From Oscillospiraceae bacterium (GTDB lineage Bacteria; Bacillota; Clostridia; Oscillospirales; CAG-272): a DNA stretch of 64,000 bases. Below, in pieces: positions 1-9,484 of this stretch. The DNA lies in NCBI GenBank assembly GCA_015063305.1, contig SVUJ01000007.1, positions 15,375-79,374 of the forward strand, read 5' to 3'. Made by a program: the position numbers and the translations under genes. Within the stretch, counting starts at the first letter, position 1; each line of letters begins with the position of its first letter. The notes below the pieces were generated by a model, which was given only the letters and a program-made list of their open reading frames with translations, had not been told where the DNA came from and did no database searches.

Positions 1-115
1 GGGTCTTGCGCAATTGGGGGTTGTGAACCATGTCAGGTGGGGAACCAAGCAGCATTAAGCAATTTACCCGATGTGCCGCGGGGTAGCCTGCTCAGAGCAG
101 GAGGTTCGGAGTTCG
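1..115 (+). ncRNA. ffs: SRP RNA (4.5S/scRNA), 3' portion; 5' end lies outside the window and the 3' end is approximate
   Basis: GTCAGGTGGGGAACCAAGCAGC matches the conserved SRP domain IV (GUCAGG...GGAA tetraloop...AGCAGC). Position immediately upstream of dnaX-ybaB-recR is the classic Firmicute arrangement. Confidence 0.6.
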
Positions 116-191
116 CGTAGGGGTGAGGTTCGATCTTAAGGTGTATGGTCTTATTTTGCAACCCGATCTTTATTTTTTTTGGAGGTGGATT

Positions 192-1769
192 ATGCATCAG
201 GCGTTATACCGTAAATACAGGCCGCAGGTGTTTGACGACGTCTACGGTCAGGAGCATATTACCTCAATACTGAAATACGAAACCGAAAACAGTAAATTCT
301 CTCACGCCTACCTTTTCTGCGGCTCAAGAGGAACGGGAAAGACCACTTGCGCGAAGATCCTTGCAAAGGCGGTAAACTGCGAAGCTCCCGTGAACGGAAG
401 CCCGTGTAATAAGTGCGCGTCCTGTATGGCGATAGATTCGGGTGCGGCCACAGACGTTCTTGAAATGGACGCGGCATCAAACAACGGCGTTGAGAATATA
501 AGAGATATAAGAGACGAGGTCGTTTATACGCCGTCCTCGCTCAAATACAGAGTATATATAGTCGACGAGGTGCATATGCTCAGCGGAAGCGCGTTCAACG
601 CTCTGCTTAAAACACTTGAGGAGCCGCCCTCACACGTTATATTTATACTTGCTACCACAGAGTTGCACAAGCTTCCCGCAACTATAATATCACGTTGTCA
701 GCGCTTCGATTTCAGAAGGATATCCACCGAGGCGTTGATCGAGCGACTTTCATATATCTCCGAGCGTGAGAATATAGAGGCAGAGCAGAGCGCTCTGCGC
801 TCAATAGCGAAATTCGCTCAGGGCGGAATGAGAGATGCCATAAGTCTGCTTGAGCTTTGCGCGGGAAACCGTACGCTCATTACTGAGGAGCTTGTTGAGT
901 CCACTCTCGGTTCGGGCGGTAAAACAAATATACTTCGTACAGTCAAGGCTCTTGCACAGGGCGATTATGACACGGTGTTCGGAGTTATAGACGAGGTCGT
1001 AAGATCCTCGAAGGACGTTTCGGTCTTCTGGCAGGAGATGATATCCTTCTACAGAGATATGCTGGTGATGAAGACCACGAAGTTGGCGGACAAGTATCTT
1101 GATCTCACCGATAGCGAGAGAGAGCAGCTCTCGGGCGCTGCGGCGCTCTTTACAAAGGAAACCTTGCTATCGCACTGCCGTATGCTTGACGATTCATTCT
1201 ATGCGATGCAGAAGTCGGGAGCGGTAAAGCGAATGATCGCCGAGATGACCCTGATAAAAATGATGGATAAGAGCCTTGATACGGGAGCAGACAATCTGCT
1301 TGCGAGAATATCGAAGCTTGAGATGGCGCTCAGCTCGGGAGCTGCGATGCGTCCTGTAGCAAAGGAAGAGCCCAAGGTGGTGACAGAGATAAAAAAGGCG
1401 GAGCAGAGTGTGCCGAAAACCACGCCTAAGCCCGACACGGCTAAAGCCGAGGTGAAAGTGTCAGCACCTTCTGTAAAGCCTATCAGGGGTTGGAGTGAGA
1501 TAGCCGAAAAGGCCACGGCGAATGAGGGGTATCTCCTTTCATTCTTGAAGATGGCTAAGGGATATATCACGGCGGATAAAAAGGTCAAGATCAAATTCCC
1601 AACCGATTTTGGCAAGGATATGGTCGAGCGCGCGGGGATAAAAGCACGACTTTGCTCGGTTATAAATCTTGAGCTTCAAGCTGCGTTTTCAGATAGCGAT
1701 ATAAGCTACGAGGTGTCGGGCGATATGCTTGATGATACTCCCGATGACCTTGATTCGTTCGATATGTAA
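192..1769 (+). CDS. dnaX: DNA polymerase III subunit gamma/tau
   Basis: ATG at 192 follows GGAGG. Walker A GSRGTGKTT, DEVHML box, Zn-module CNKCASC, typical N-terminus MHQALYRKYRPQ. Confidence 0.95.
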   Translation: MHQALYRKYRPQVFDDVYGQEHITSILKYETENSKFSHAYLFCGSRGTGKTTCAKILAKAVNCEAPVNGSPCNKCASCMAIDSGAATDVLEMDAASNNGVENIRDIRDEVVYTPSSLKYRVYIVDEVHMLSGSAFNALLKTLEEPPSHVIFILATTELHKLPATIISRCQRFDFRRISTEALIERLSYISERENIEAEQSALRSIAKFAQGGMRDAISLLELCAGNRTLITEELVESTLGSGGKTNILRTVKALAQGDYDTVFGVIDEVVRSSKDVSVFWQEMISFYRDMLVMKTTKLADKYLDLTDSEREQLSGAAALFTKETLLSHCRMLDDSFYAMQKSGAVKRMIAEMTLIKMMDKSLDTGADNLLARISKLEMALSSGAAMRPVAKEEPKVVTEIKKAEQSVPKTTPKPDTAKAEVKVSAPSVKPIRGWSEIAEKATANEGYLLSFLKMAKGYITADKKVKIKFPTDFGKDMVERAGIKARLCSVINLELQAAFSDSDISYEVSGDMLDDTPDDLDSFDM

Positions 1770-1801
1770 TTAAAAATAATTTTTGAAAAGAGGAATATAA
1801 A

Positions 1802-2149
1802 ATGAGAGCTAATATACCGAAGGGAATGGGCGGCGGCGCTCAGAATATGAATGCGATGCTTCGTCAGGCGCAGAAAATGCAGGAGGATATGGCAACCTTG
1901 CAGGAGGAGCTTGACGCAAGAGAATATGACGTATCCGCGGGTGGCGGCGTTGTGGCTGTCAAGATAAACGGCAAGAAGGAGATACTCGCTATTGATATAA
2001 AGCCCGAGATAGTTGATCCCGATGATATTGAAACTCTGTCGGATATACTCGTTGCGGCTGTAAACGAGGCTATCAAGAGGGTTGAGGATACCAATGCGCA
2101 GGAAATGTCTAAGATAACGGGCAGCATCGGTATGCCCGGAATGTTCTGA
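1802..2149 (+). CDS. ybaB: YbaB/EbfC nucleoid-associated protein
   Basis: 115 aa with the NMNAMLRQAQKMQEDM motif, located between dnaX and recR. Confidence 0.93.
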   Translation: MRANIPKGMGGGAQNMNAMLRQAQKMQEDMATLQEELDAREYDVSAGGGVVAVKINGKKEILAIDIKPEIVDPDDIETLSDILVAAVNEAIKRVEDTNAQEMSKITGSIGMPGMF

Positions 2150-2150
2150 T

Positions 2151-2750
2151 ATGGCTGATTATATCGAAACGCTCCAGCGTCTTGCCGAGCAATTCGGAAG
2201 ACTTCAAGGGGTTGGAAGAAAATCGGCTATGAGAATGGCGTTTTCGGTGCTTGAGCTTGACGATGAGGCTGTGAGAGAATTTTCGGAGGCGCTTATCGAA
2301 GCCAAGGAGAAAATACACGAGTGTCCCGTTTGCGGAAATCTTACCGATAGGGATATCTGCTCGGTCTGCTCGGATCTTTCGAGGGATAGGAGCATTATAT
2401 GCGTCGTTGAGGACGTAAAGGCTGTGGTGTCTATCGAAAAGGTAAGGGAATTCAAGGGAGTGTATCACGTGCTTCACGGGGCTATCTCGCCGGTCAATGG
2501 GATAACTCCCGATAAGATAAGATTTAAAGAGCTTATCCAAAGAGTCGGAGAGGGAGAGGTCAAGGAGGTCATCGTGGCAACTAACCCAACACCCGACGGA
2601 GAGGTGACTGCGATGTACATATCGAAGTATCTGAAGCCGCTGGGAGTGAAGGTCACAAGACTTGCGTACGGTGTGCCGGTGGGGTCTGATCTTGAATATG
2701 CTGACGAGGTTACGCTTGGACGAGCTATAGAAGGACGTCGCGACGTTTAA
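2151..2750 (+). CDS. recR: recombination protein RecR
   Basis: C4 zinc finger CPVCGNLTDRDICSVC followed by a Toprim region (VVEDVKAV...). Confidence 0.95.
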   Translation: MADYIETLQRLAEQFGRLQGVGRKSAMRMAFSVLELDDEAVREFSEALIEAKEKIHECPVCGNLTDRDICSVCSDLSRDRSIICVVEDVKAVVSIEKVREFKGVYHVLHGAISPVNGITPDKIRFKELIQRVGEGEVKEVIVATNPTPDGEVTAMYISKYLKPLGVKVTRLAYGVPVGSDLEYADEVTLGRAIEGRRDV

Positions 2751-2854
2751 ATGGTATTACCGTTATTTTAAGAGGAAGTTTTGAACTTCCTCTTTTATTA
2801 CTTTTTTGAATATAATAAAAATTCTTACAGTGAATAAAAAATCATAAAAACCTA

Positions 2855-2883
2855 TAGACATTTTTTATGATTTGTGATATAAT
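2855..2883 (+). promoter_or_regulatory. sigma-A-type promoter candidate (TAGACA-17-TATAAT) for the hydrogenase-associated regulatory genes
   Basis: TAGACA 2855-2860, 17-nt spacer, TATAAT 2878-2883, about 100 nt upstream of the 2985 start. Confidence 0.5.
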
Positions 2884-2889
2884 TAACAG
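2872..2889. promoter_or_regulatory. candidate Rex-type operator (TTGTGAT-ATAA-TTAACAG) overlapping the -10
   Basis: 7-4-7 palindrome with 6/7 matches per half to the clostridial Rex consensus TTGTTAA-N4-TTAACAA. Lies upstream of hydrogenase genes. Confidence 0.4.
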
Positions 2890-2984
2890 GAATGTAAACT
2901 GCAATGCGTTAATTTTGCATTGTTTTTATTAAAACATTAAATTCTACTGTGTTGCGCGGTGTTGCCAACCCACGGGAGGTAAGA

Positions 2985-3341
2985 ATGAAGATAAAGGAAA
3001 TCGTTGAATTGCTCAATGCCAAGATCCTCTGCGGAGAGGATAAAATAGAAGGAGAAGTTCATTCTGCTTGCGGTTGCGATATGATGAGCGATGTCCTTGC
3101 TTTCGTTAAGGAGCAGGCGGTGCTGCTAACAGGACTCTGCAATCCCCAGGTGGTCAGAACCGCAGAGATGATGGATATGCGTTGCATCGTTTTTGTTAGA
3201 GGAAAGATGCCCCCCGCTGAGGTGGTCGCTCTTGCTGACGAGGCGGGTATAGTTGTGATGGCTACCGATGAAAGAATGTACGTGGCGTGCGGTCTGCTCT
3301 ACTCCAATGGTCTTTCGGGAGGGAGTGTTGTAAATGGCTGA
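2985..3341 (+). CDS. DRTGG domain protein
   Basis: ATG at 2985 follows GGAGG. The VLLTGLCNPQVVRTAEMM...IVFVRG pattern is typical of DRTGG domains in hydrogenase-regulatory clusters. Confidence 0.7.
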   Translation: MKIKEIVELLNAKILCGEDKIEGEVHSACGCDMMSDVLAFVKEQAVLLTGLCNPQVVRTAEMMDMRCIVFVRGKMPPAEVVALADEAGIVVMATDERMYVACGLLYSNGLSGGSVVNG

Positions 3342-3756
3342 AACAGTAAATTTTCACTTTGATATAGATGGTGATAACTTTACGTCGGCGGGTGAAGCAT
3401 CGGTTGCGGTCAAGAAGCTGCTGAGGCAGATGGAGTTCAGTCCCGAGGTGATACGCAGAGTGTCTGTTGCTATGTATGAGGGCGAGATAAATATGGTCAT
3501 TCACGCTAACGGCGGAACGGCTGATGTCAACGTGTATTGCGACAGGATAGAGATAATACTTAAAGATAGCGGCCCGGGTATTGCAGACGTGGAGCTTGCG
3601 ATGAAGGAAGGATATTCTACAGCACCCGATAATATACGCTCGCTTGGATTTGGCGCGGGAATGGGACTTCCGAATATGAAGCGTTATACTGATGATATGA
3701 AAATCGAATCAGAGGTCGGAAAGGGAACAACGGTATATATGACGGTCAACGCCTGA
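3334..3756 (+). CDS. HATPase_c-type ATP-binding protein (anti-sigma-factor/serine-kinase-like)
   Basis: N-box-like EGEINMVIHA, G1 DSGPGI, G2 GFGAGMGLPN. Overlaps the previous stop codon. Confidence 0.75.
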   Translation: MAETVNFHFDIDGDNFTSAGEASVAVKKLLRQMEFSPEVIRRVSVAMYEGEINMVIHANGGTADVNVYCDRIEIILKDSGPGIADVELAMKEGYSTAPDNIRSLGFGAGMGLPNMKRYTDDMKIESEVGKGTTVYMTVNA

Positions 3757-3781
3757 GTACGTCCCTCGGAAAGAGGTAGTA

Positions 3782-5050
3782 ATGGCTATCAAAAGGCATT
3801 CGGTTACGTTGGATGTGTCCAAGTGTAAAGGATGTACCAACTGTATAAAGCGCTGTCCTACCGAGGCGATACGCGTTCGCGACGGACATGCGATAATAAA
3901 AGAAGAAAGATGTATAGATTGCGGTGAATGTATAAGACTTTGCCCCTATCAGGCAAAGAAGGCTATCTATGATAGTATGGAGGATTTTGCCTCGTACAAA
4001 TATAAGATAGCGCTCCCCGCACCCGCGCTCTTTGGGCAGTTTGATGAGCTTGACGATATAGACGAGATATTGACGGCGCTGCTCAAGTGCGGCTTTGACG
4101 CTGTGTTCGAGGTTTCGCGCGCGGCGGAGATAGTTACCGAATATACCAGAAGATATCTCAAAAAAGAGGGTATAGAAAAGCCTGTTATAAGCTCGGCTTG
4201 TCCTGTTATCGTAAGACTTATAAGTCTTAGGTTTTTGTACCTTGCGGATAATCTTTTGCCGATAATGCCGCCTATCGAATATGCGGCAAGACTTGCGAGA
4301 AAGGAAGCTCTCAGGGATAATCCCGAGCTTACTGACGACGATATATGCGTGTTGTTTATATCTCCTTGTCCCGCAAAGGTCAGTTACATAAAAAATCCGC
4401 TTGGAGTCAATAAGAGCGCGGTGAACGGCGCTCTGGCTATCAGCGATATCTACTTTAAGATAAGAGCCAAGAGAAAAGAGATAAAGGACCCGCTTCCGCT
4501 TTCCAAAACGGGAATAATCGGACTTAATTGGGCGGGTACGGGCGGCGAGGCAACCTCGTTGCTCTCCGATAAATACCTTGCGGCTGACGGAATCGAGAAC
4601 TGTATCAAGGTTCTCGACCAGATAGACAGCGGAACGATACACGGTCTTGAATTCGTTGAGCTTAACGCTTGTAACGGAGGATGTGTGGGCGGAACGCTTA
4701 ACGTGGAAAACCCCTACATCGCAAAGGCGAGGTTACGCTCTCTACGTAAATATCTGCCTGTGTCGAGAAACCGAGTTGACGGTGCTGAAGACGCCTCGAT
4801 ACCCGATGAGGTGCTTCTTGATAAGGATATAGTCGATCACTATTCGATAAGCCTGTCCTCTGACAGAGCCTCTGCAATAAAACGAATGGCTGAGATAGAG
4901 GAGATATATAAAACTCTTCCCAAGCTTGACTGCGGTTCTTGCGGAGCACCAAATTGCCACGCGCTTGCGGAGGATATAGTAAAATGCGAGGCTGACGAAA
5001 GAGATTGTCTGATAAAGCTCAGAGAAAATTACTCAAGTAAAGATAAATGA
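3782..5050 (+). CDS. [FeFe]-hydrogenase-like protein (2x[4Fe-4S] ferredoxin domain, H-cluster-type domain, C-terminal 4-Cys Fe-S domain), probable sensory/regulatory type
   Basis: CKGCTNCIKRCP and CIDCGECIRLCP ferredoxin motifs. H-domain motifs SSACP, SPCPAK, ELNACNGGCVGG. C-terminal CGSCGAPNC. Confidence 0.75.
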   Translation: MAIKRHSVTLDVSKCKGCTNCIKRCPTEAIRVRDGHAIIKEERCIDCGECIRLCPYQAKKAIYDSMEDFASYKYKIALPAPALFGQFDELDDIDEILTALLKCGFDAVFEVSRAAEIVTEYTRRYLKKEGIEKPVISSACPVIVRLISLRFLYLADNLLPIMPPIEYAARLARKEALRDNPELTDDDICVLFISPCPAKVSYIKNPLGVNKSAVNGALAISDIYFKIRAKRKEIKDPLPLSKTGIIGLNWAGTGGEATSLLSDKYLAADGIENCIKVLDQIDSGTIHGLEFVELNACNGGCVGGTLNVENPYIAKARLRSLRKYLPVSRNRVDGAEDASIPDEVLLDKDIVDHYSISLSSDRASAIKRMAEIEEIYKTLPKLDCGSCGAPNCHALAEDIVKCEADERDCLIKLRENYSSKDK

Positions 5051-5073
5051 TATTGAAACAGAGGTGAATTGCC

Positions 5074-5400
5074 TTGACGGTAAAGGAGCTTTGCGAAAAA
5101 AACGGATATAAGGTCATCTGTATGCCCGATCCTGAAAGAGAGGTCATGGGAGGATACGCGGGAGATCTTCTGAGCTGGGTGATGGGACGGGCTGACGCGG
5201 GGGACGCGTGGGTCACCATCATGTCAAACGTAAATATAATTGCCGTCGCATCCTTGGCAGATCCCGCTTGTATAATACTTTCCGAGGGGGTAGAGCCCGA
5301 CGATGGTGTCAGAGAGAGGGCAGAGATGCAGGGAGTAAATCTTCTCTCAAGCAGAGATGACACGTTTGCGGTTTGCGCTCAGATAGCTTCGCTGCTATGA
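5074..5400 (+). CDS. DRTGG domain protein (second copy)
   Basis: TTG start 7 nt after GAGGTG. Sequence contains VTIMSNVNIIAVASLADPACIILSEG. Confidence 0.65.
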   Translation: MTVKELCEKNGYKVICMPDPEREVMGGYAGDLLSWVMGRADAGDAWVTIMSNVNIIAVASLADPACIILSEGVEPDDGVRERAEMQGVNLLSSRDDTFAVCAQIASLL

Positions 5401-6131
5401 ATAAGTACTATTATGATCTGCATATCCACTCCTGTTTGTCGCCCTGCGGTGACGATGATATGACGCCGAATAATATTGCGGGTATGTGTGCGCTTAACGG
5501 TATAAATATCGCTGCTCTCACCGACCATAACAGCGCAAAGAATTGCCCTGCGTTTTTTGAAGCCTGTAAGAGATACGGAGTTATACCGATAGCGGGAGTT
5601 GAGCTTTCAAGCGCCGAGGATATCCACTTTGTGTGTCTTTTCCCCGAGCTTGAGATGGCGATGGAATTCGATAAAGAGATAGAGAAGCATATGCCGCCGA
5701 TATCAAACCGTCCCGAGATATTCGGAGAACAGATGATACTCAATGGCGAGGACGAGCAGATAGGTGTGGAGGAGAAGCTCTTGATAACGGCTACCGACCT
5801 TTGGGCGGATGAGGCTATAAGACTTGCAAGGAGCTTTGGGGCTCACGTGCGTCCCGCGCATATCGACCGAACCTCGAACGGCATCATAGCGATTCTCGGA
5901 GACGTGCCGAGGGAATACAACTTTAATTTTGTTGAGTTCAATGACGTCGCGAACAAGGAAGAATATTTTGATAAATATCAGTCTATAGCGGACAAGTCGG
6001 TGATAGTTTCGTCCGACGCGCACCATCTGTGGGATATAAATACCGCAGAGAATTATTTTGAGATAGACGACGAGCCATATAGCTCGGCAAACGTACGCCG
6101 CAAGCTTTTTGAGATGCTTTGCGGAAATTAA
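5397..6131 (+). CDS. PHP-domain metal-dependent phosphoesterase
   Basis: ATGA overlap with the upstream stop. DLHIHSCLSPCGDD motif and later SSDAHH motif. Confidence 0.8.
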   Translation: MNKYYYDLHIHSCLSPCGDDDMTPNNIAGMCALNGINIAALTDHNSAKNCPAFFEACKRYGVIPIAGVELSSAEDIHFVCLFPELEMAMEFDKEIEKHMPPISNRPEIFGEQMILNGEDEQIGVEEKLLITATDLWADEAIRLARSFGAHVRPAHIDRTSNGIIAILGDVPREYNFNFVEFNDVANKEEYFDKYQSIADKSVIVSSDAHHLWDINTAENYFEIDDEPYSSANVRRKLFEMLCGN

Positions 6132-6190
6132 AATGCTAATTTATTGATTTAAATAAATTAAATAAATAAAATACGGAGGATTTTTTCAGT

Positions 6191-6685
6191 ATGAAAAAAA
6201 ATTTGACCACAGTAATGTTCCGTGGGACAAAGGCTCAGGAAGAGCAGCTTATCGCTGAGATCGAGGCTCTTCGCGGAACACCGGGTGCAATGATGCCCAT
6301 TCTCCAGAAGGCACAGGAGATCTACGGATACCTGCCTGTTGAGGTCCAGAGGATCATTGCAAAGCATACGGGAGCTTCTCTTGAGGAAGTTTACGGAGTA
6401 TCGACCTTCTATTCCCAGTTCGCACTTAACCCCAAGGGTGAGATATCCATCGGCGTATGCCTTGGAACAGCGTGCTACGTAAAGGGAAGCGGAGATATTC
6501 TTGACAGAATAGTTGAGATCCTTGGACTTCCCGCAGGTTCGACCACTCCCGACGGCAAGTTCTCTCTTGAGGCAACAAGATGTATAGGTGCTTGCGGACT
6601 TGCTCCTGTAATCACTATAAACAATGACGTTTACGGTAAGCTCACTAAGGCTGACGTTGACGGTATCCTTGCAAAATACAGATAA
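6191..6685 (+). CDS. NuoE-like [2Fe-2S] subunit of NAD(P)-linked/bifurcating [FeFe] hydrogenase (HydC/HndA)
   Basis: CLGTACYVKG...CIGACGLAPV cluster motif. RBS is GGAGG. Confidence 0.9.
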   Translation: MKKNLTTVMFRGTKAQEEQLIAEIEALRGTPGAMMPILQKAQEIYGYLPVEVQRIIAKHTGASLEEVYGVSTFYSQFALNPKGEISIGVCLGTACYVKGSGDILDRIVEILGLPAGSTTPDGKFSLEATRCIGACGLAPVITINNDVYGKLTKADVDGILAKYR

Positions 6686-6690
6686 TCCAA

Positions 6691-7269
6691 ATGAAAGAGC
6701 TGTCGCTTAATATACTTGACGTAACGAAGAATTCGGTTACGGCAGGTGCGGACAGAATAGATATAACGCTGGAGCTTTCCGAAGACGGTTGGCTGAGGTT
6801 TTCGGTCAAGGATGACGGCTGCGGAATGAGCGAAGAGGTGCAGAGAAGGGTCACAGATCCATTCTACACCACCAGAACCACCAGAAAGGTGGGAATGGGG
6901 CTTCCGCTTCTCAAGCTTGCCGCAGAGCAGACCGGAGGGCAGATGAGGATAACCTCATCTACCGAGGAAGGAAAAAGCGGAACATTGCTTGAGGCTACCT
7001 TTGATACGAAGAGTATTGATTTTATGCCTGTGGGCGATATCGTTTCAACGGTATGTATCCTGATATCGGGAAGCCCCGATGTGCGCTTCGTTTTCAGGGA
7101 TACAACACCCGACGGAACGGTGGGGATCGATACATCGGAGCTCAAAGCTGTGCTTGGCGATGAGATATCCCTCTCAGAGCCCGAGGTGGTGGCGTGGATG
7201 CGTGATTATCTTACAGAGCAGTATGAAGAACGCGATAATAAAAATGTAAATATGGAGGAAACAAAATGA
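6691..7269 (+). CDS. histidine-kinase-like ATPase domain protein embedded in the hydrogenase operon
   Basis: NILDVTKNS (N-box), DDGCGM (G1), GMGLPLL (G2). No HisKA domain is visible. Confidence 0.75.
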   Translation: MKELSLNILDVTKNSVTAGADRIDITLELSEDGWLRFSVKDDGCGMSEEVQRRVTDPFYTTRTTRKVGMGLPLLKLAAEQTGGQMRITSSTEEGKSGTLLEATFDTKSIDFMPVGDIVSTVCILISGSPDVRFVFRDTTPDGTVGIDTSELKAVLGDEISLSEPEVVAWMRDYLTEQYEERDNKNVNMEETK

Positions 7270-7637
7270 AAACATTGGCTGAACTTGCCGCTATCAAGGC
7301 AAGAATGCAAAATAATGTTGCACTCCGCGATGGAGAGGCAGGAATAAGAGTTGTTGTTGGAATGGCTACCTGCGGAATCGCTGCAGGCGCAAGACCCGTT
7401 CTCACAGCTTTCTCGGCTGAGGTTGAGAAGGCAGGGCTCAATCAGAAGGTTACTGTTACACAGACAGGTTGTATCGGTATATGCCAGTACGAGCCCGTAG
7501 CAGAGATCTACGAAGAGGGCAAGGAAAAGGTTACTTACGTAAAGCTTGACGCTGACAAGGTCGCAGAGATAGTTGAGAAGCACCTTAAGGGCGGCAACAT
7601 CGTTGAAGAATACACTATTGGCGCTATCCAGAAATAA
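7266..7637 (+). CDS. thioredoxin-like [2Fe-2S] ferredoxin (HydD/HndB-like)
   Basis: 123 aa with GMATCGIAAGA...GCIGICQYEP, located between the nuoE-like and nuoF-like genes. Confidence 0.8.
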   Translation: MKTLAELAAIKARMQNNVALRDGEAGIRVVVGMATCGIAAGARPVLTAFSAEVEKAGLNQKVTVTQTGCIGICQYEPVAEIYEEGKEKVTYVKLDADKVAEIVEKHLKGGNIVEEYTIGAIQK

Positions 7638-7669
7638 GATTAATTAAACTTGACGAAAGGAAATAAAAA

Positions 7670-9466
7670 ATGGTAAGATCACATGTATTGATTTGTGGCG
7701 GTACAGGTTGTACCTCTTCCGGAAGCGTTAAGATTCTGGATGCGATGAATGCCGAGATCGCCGCAAAAGGTCTTCAGGACGAGATCAAGGTTGTTGGAAC
7801 AGGATGTTTCGGACTTTGCGCGCTCGGACCGATTATGATTGTTTATCCCGAAGGAACATTCTATAGCTGTGTTAAGGTAGAGGACGTTCCCGAGATAGTT
7901 GAGGAGCATTTCCTTAAGGGACGTCCCGTTGAAAGACTCGTTTATCATGAGTCCAAGGAGCAGGATCTCCATCATGCTACATCCCTCTCCGAGACTGCGT
8001 TCTATAAGAAGCAGAAGAGAGTTGCGCTCCGTAACTGCGGAGTTATCAACCCTGAGAATATTGATGAGTACATAGCTATGGACGGATATCAGGCGCTCGG
8101 TAAGGTACTTACCGAGATGACTCCCGATGACGTTATTCAGACTATACTTGATTCGGGTCTTCGCGGACGCGGAGGCGGCGGATTCCCCACAGGACTTAAG
8201 TGGAAGTTTGCGTCGGGCAACCGCGGAAACGTTAAGAAGTTCGTTGCTTGTAACGCCGACGAGGGTGACCCCGGAGCGTTTATGGACCGTTCGATACTCG
8301 AGGGTGACCCCCACGCGGTCATCGAGGCAATGGCTATTGCCGGATACGCTATCGGAGCAGACGAGGGTTACGTATACGTTCGTGCTGAGTATCCTATAGC
8401 TATACACCGTCTTGAGGTAGCGCTCAAGCAGGCACGTGAGTACGGTCTGCTTGGAAAAGATATTTTCGGAAGCGGATTTGATTTCGATATTCAGGTTCGT
8501 TTCGGAGCGGGCGCATTCGTTTGCGGTGAGGAAACAGCTCTTATGACCTCTATCGAGGGTAACAGAGGTGAGCCTCGTCCCCGTCCTCCTTTCCCTGCGG
8601 TAAAGGGACTTTTCGGACAGCCTACAGTTCTTAACAACGTTGAAACATACGCTAACATTCCCCAGATCATTCTCAAGGGTCCGGCTTGGTTCACAGCAAT
8701 GGGAACAGAGAAGTCTAAGGGAACTAAGGTATTTGCTCTCGGTGGAAAGATAACCAACACAGGACTTGTTGAAGTTCCTATGGGAACAACTCTTCGTGAG
8801 GTAATCGAGGAGATCGGCGGAGGAATACCGAACGGTAAGAAGTTTAAGGCGGCTCAGACCGGCGGACCTTCCGGCGGATGTATCCCCGCATCTCTCATAG
8901 ATACTCCTATCGACTACGATAACCTTATCGCTATCGGCTCTATGATGGGTTCGGGCGGACTTATCGTTATGGATGAGGACACCTGTATGGTTGACCTTGC
9001 GCGCTTCTTCCTCGACTTCACAGTTGATGAGTCCTGCGGAAAGTGTACCCCCTGCCGTGTAGGTACGAGAAGACTTCTTGAGATACTTGACAAGATCATC
9101 GCCGGAAACGGTGAGCTTGAGGACCTTGACAAGCTCGAAGAGCTCTCCAACTACATCAAGAGCGCATCTCTTTGCGGACTTGGACAGACAGCGCCTAACC
9201 CTGTTCTTTCCACACTCCGTTACTTCAGAGATGAGTACGTTGCTCATATCGTTGACAAGAAGTGTCCTGCGGGCGTATGTAAGAGCCTGCTTCAGTATAA
9301 GATCATCGAGGACAAGTGTAAGGGTTGTACCGCTTGCGCAAGAAAGTGTCCCGTTAACGCCATCTCCGGTTCTGTCAAGAATCCTCACACCATCGATACC
9401 TCTAAGTGTATCAAGTGCGGAGCTTGTGTTGCAACCTGTAAGTTTGGCGCAATCATTAAGGAATAA
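7670..9466 (+). CDS. NuoF-like NAD(P)H/FMN-binding subunit of [FeFe] hydrogenase (HydB/HndC)
   Basis: GRGGGGFPTGLKW, CGKCTPCR, C-terminal 2x[4Fe-4S] (CKGCTACARKCP, CIKCGACVATC), N-terminal thioredoxin-like [2Fe-2S]. Confidence 0.93.
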   Translation: MVRSHVLICGGTGCTSSGSVKILDAMNAEIAAKGLQDEIKVVGTGCFGLCALGPIMIVYPEGTFYSCVKVEDVPEIVEEHFLKGRPVERLVYHESKEQDLHHATSLSETAFYKKQKRVALRNCGVINPENIDEYIAMDGYQALGKVLTEMTPDDVIQTILDSGLRGRGGGGFPTGLKWKFASGNRGNVKKFVACNADEGDPGAFMDRSILEGDPHAVIEAMAIAGYAIGADEGYVYVRAEYPIAIHRLEVALKQAREYGLLGKDIFGSGFDFDIQVRFGAGAFVCGEETALMTSIEGNRGEPRPRPPFPAVKGLFGQPTVLNNVETYANIPQIILKGPAWFTAMGTEKSKGTKVFALGGKITNTGLVEVPMGTTLREVIEEIGGGIPNGKKFKAAQTGGPSGGCIPASLIDTPIDYDNLIAIGSMMGSGGLIVMDEDTCMVDLARFFLDFTVDESCGKCTPCRVGTRRLLEILDKIIAGNGELEDLDKLEELSNYIKSASLCGLGQTAPNPVLSTLRYFRDEYVAHIVDKKCPAGVCKSLLQYKIIEDKCKGCTACARKCPVNAISGSVKNPHTIDTSKCIKCGACVATCKFGAIIKE

Positions 9467-9484
9467 GAAAGGAGAACAGTGGAC

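Noticed and set aside
3746-4642. 298-aa minus-strand ORF
   Set aside because: It is antisense to the HydA-like gene. It is Arg/Leu/Ser-rich with shadow-frame composition.
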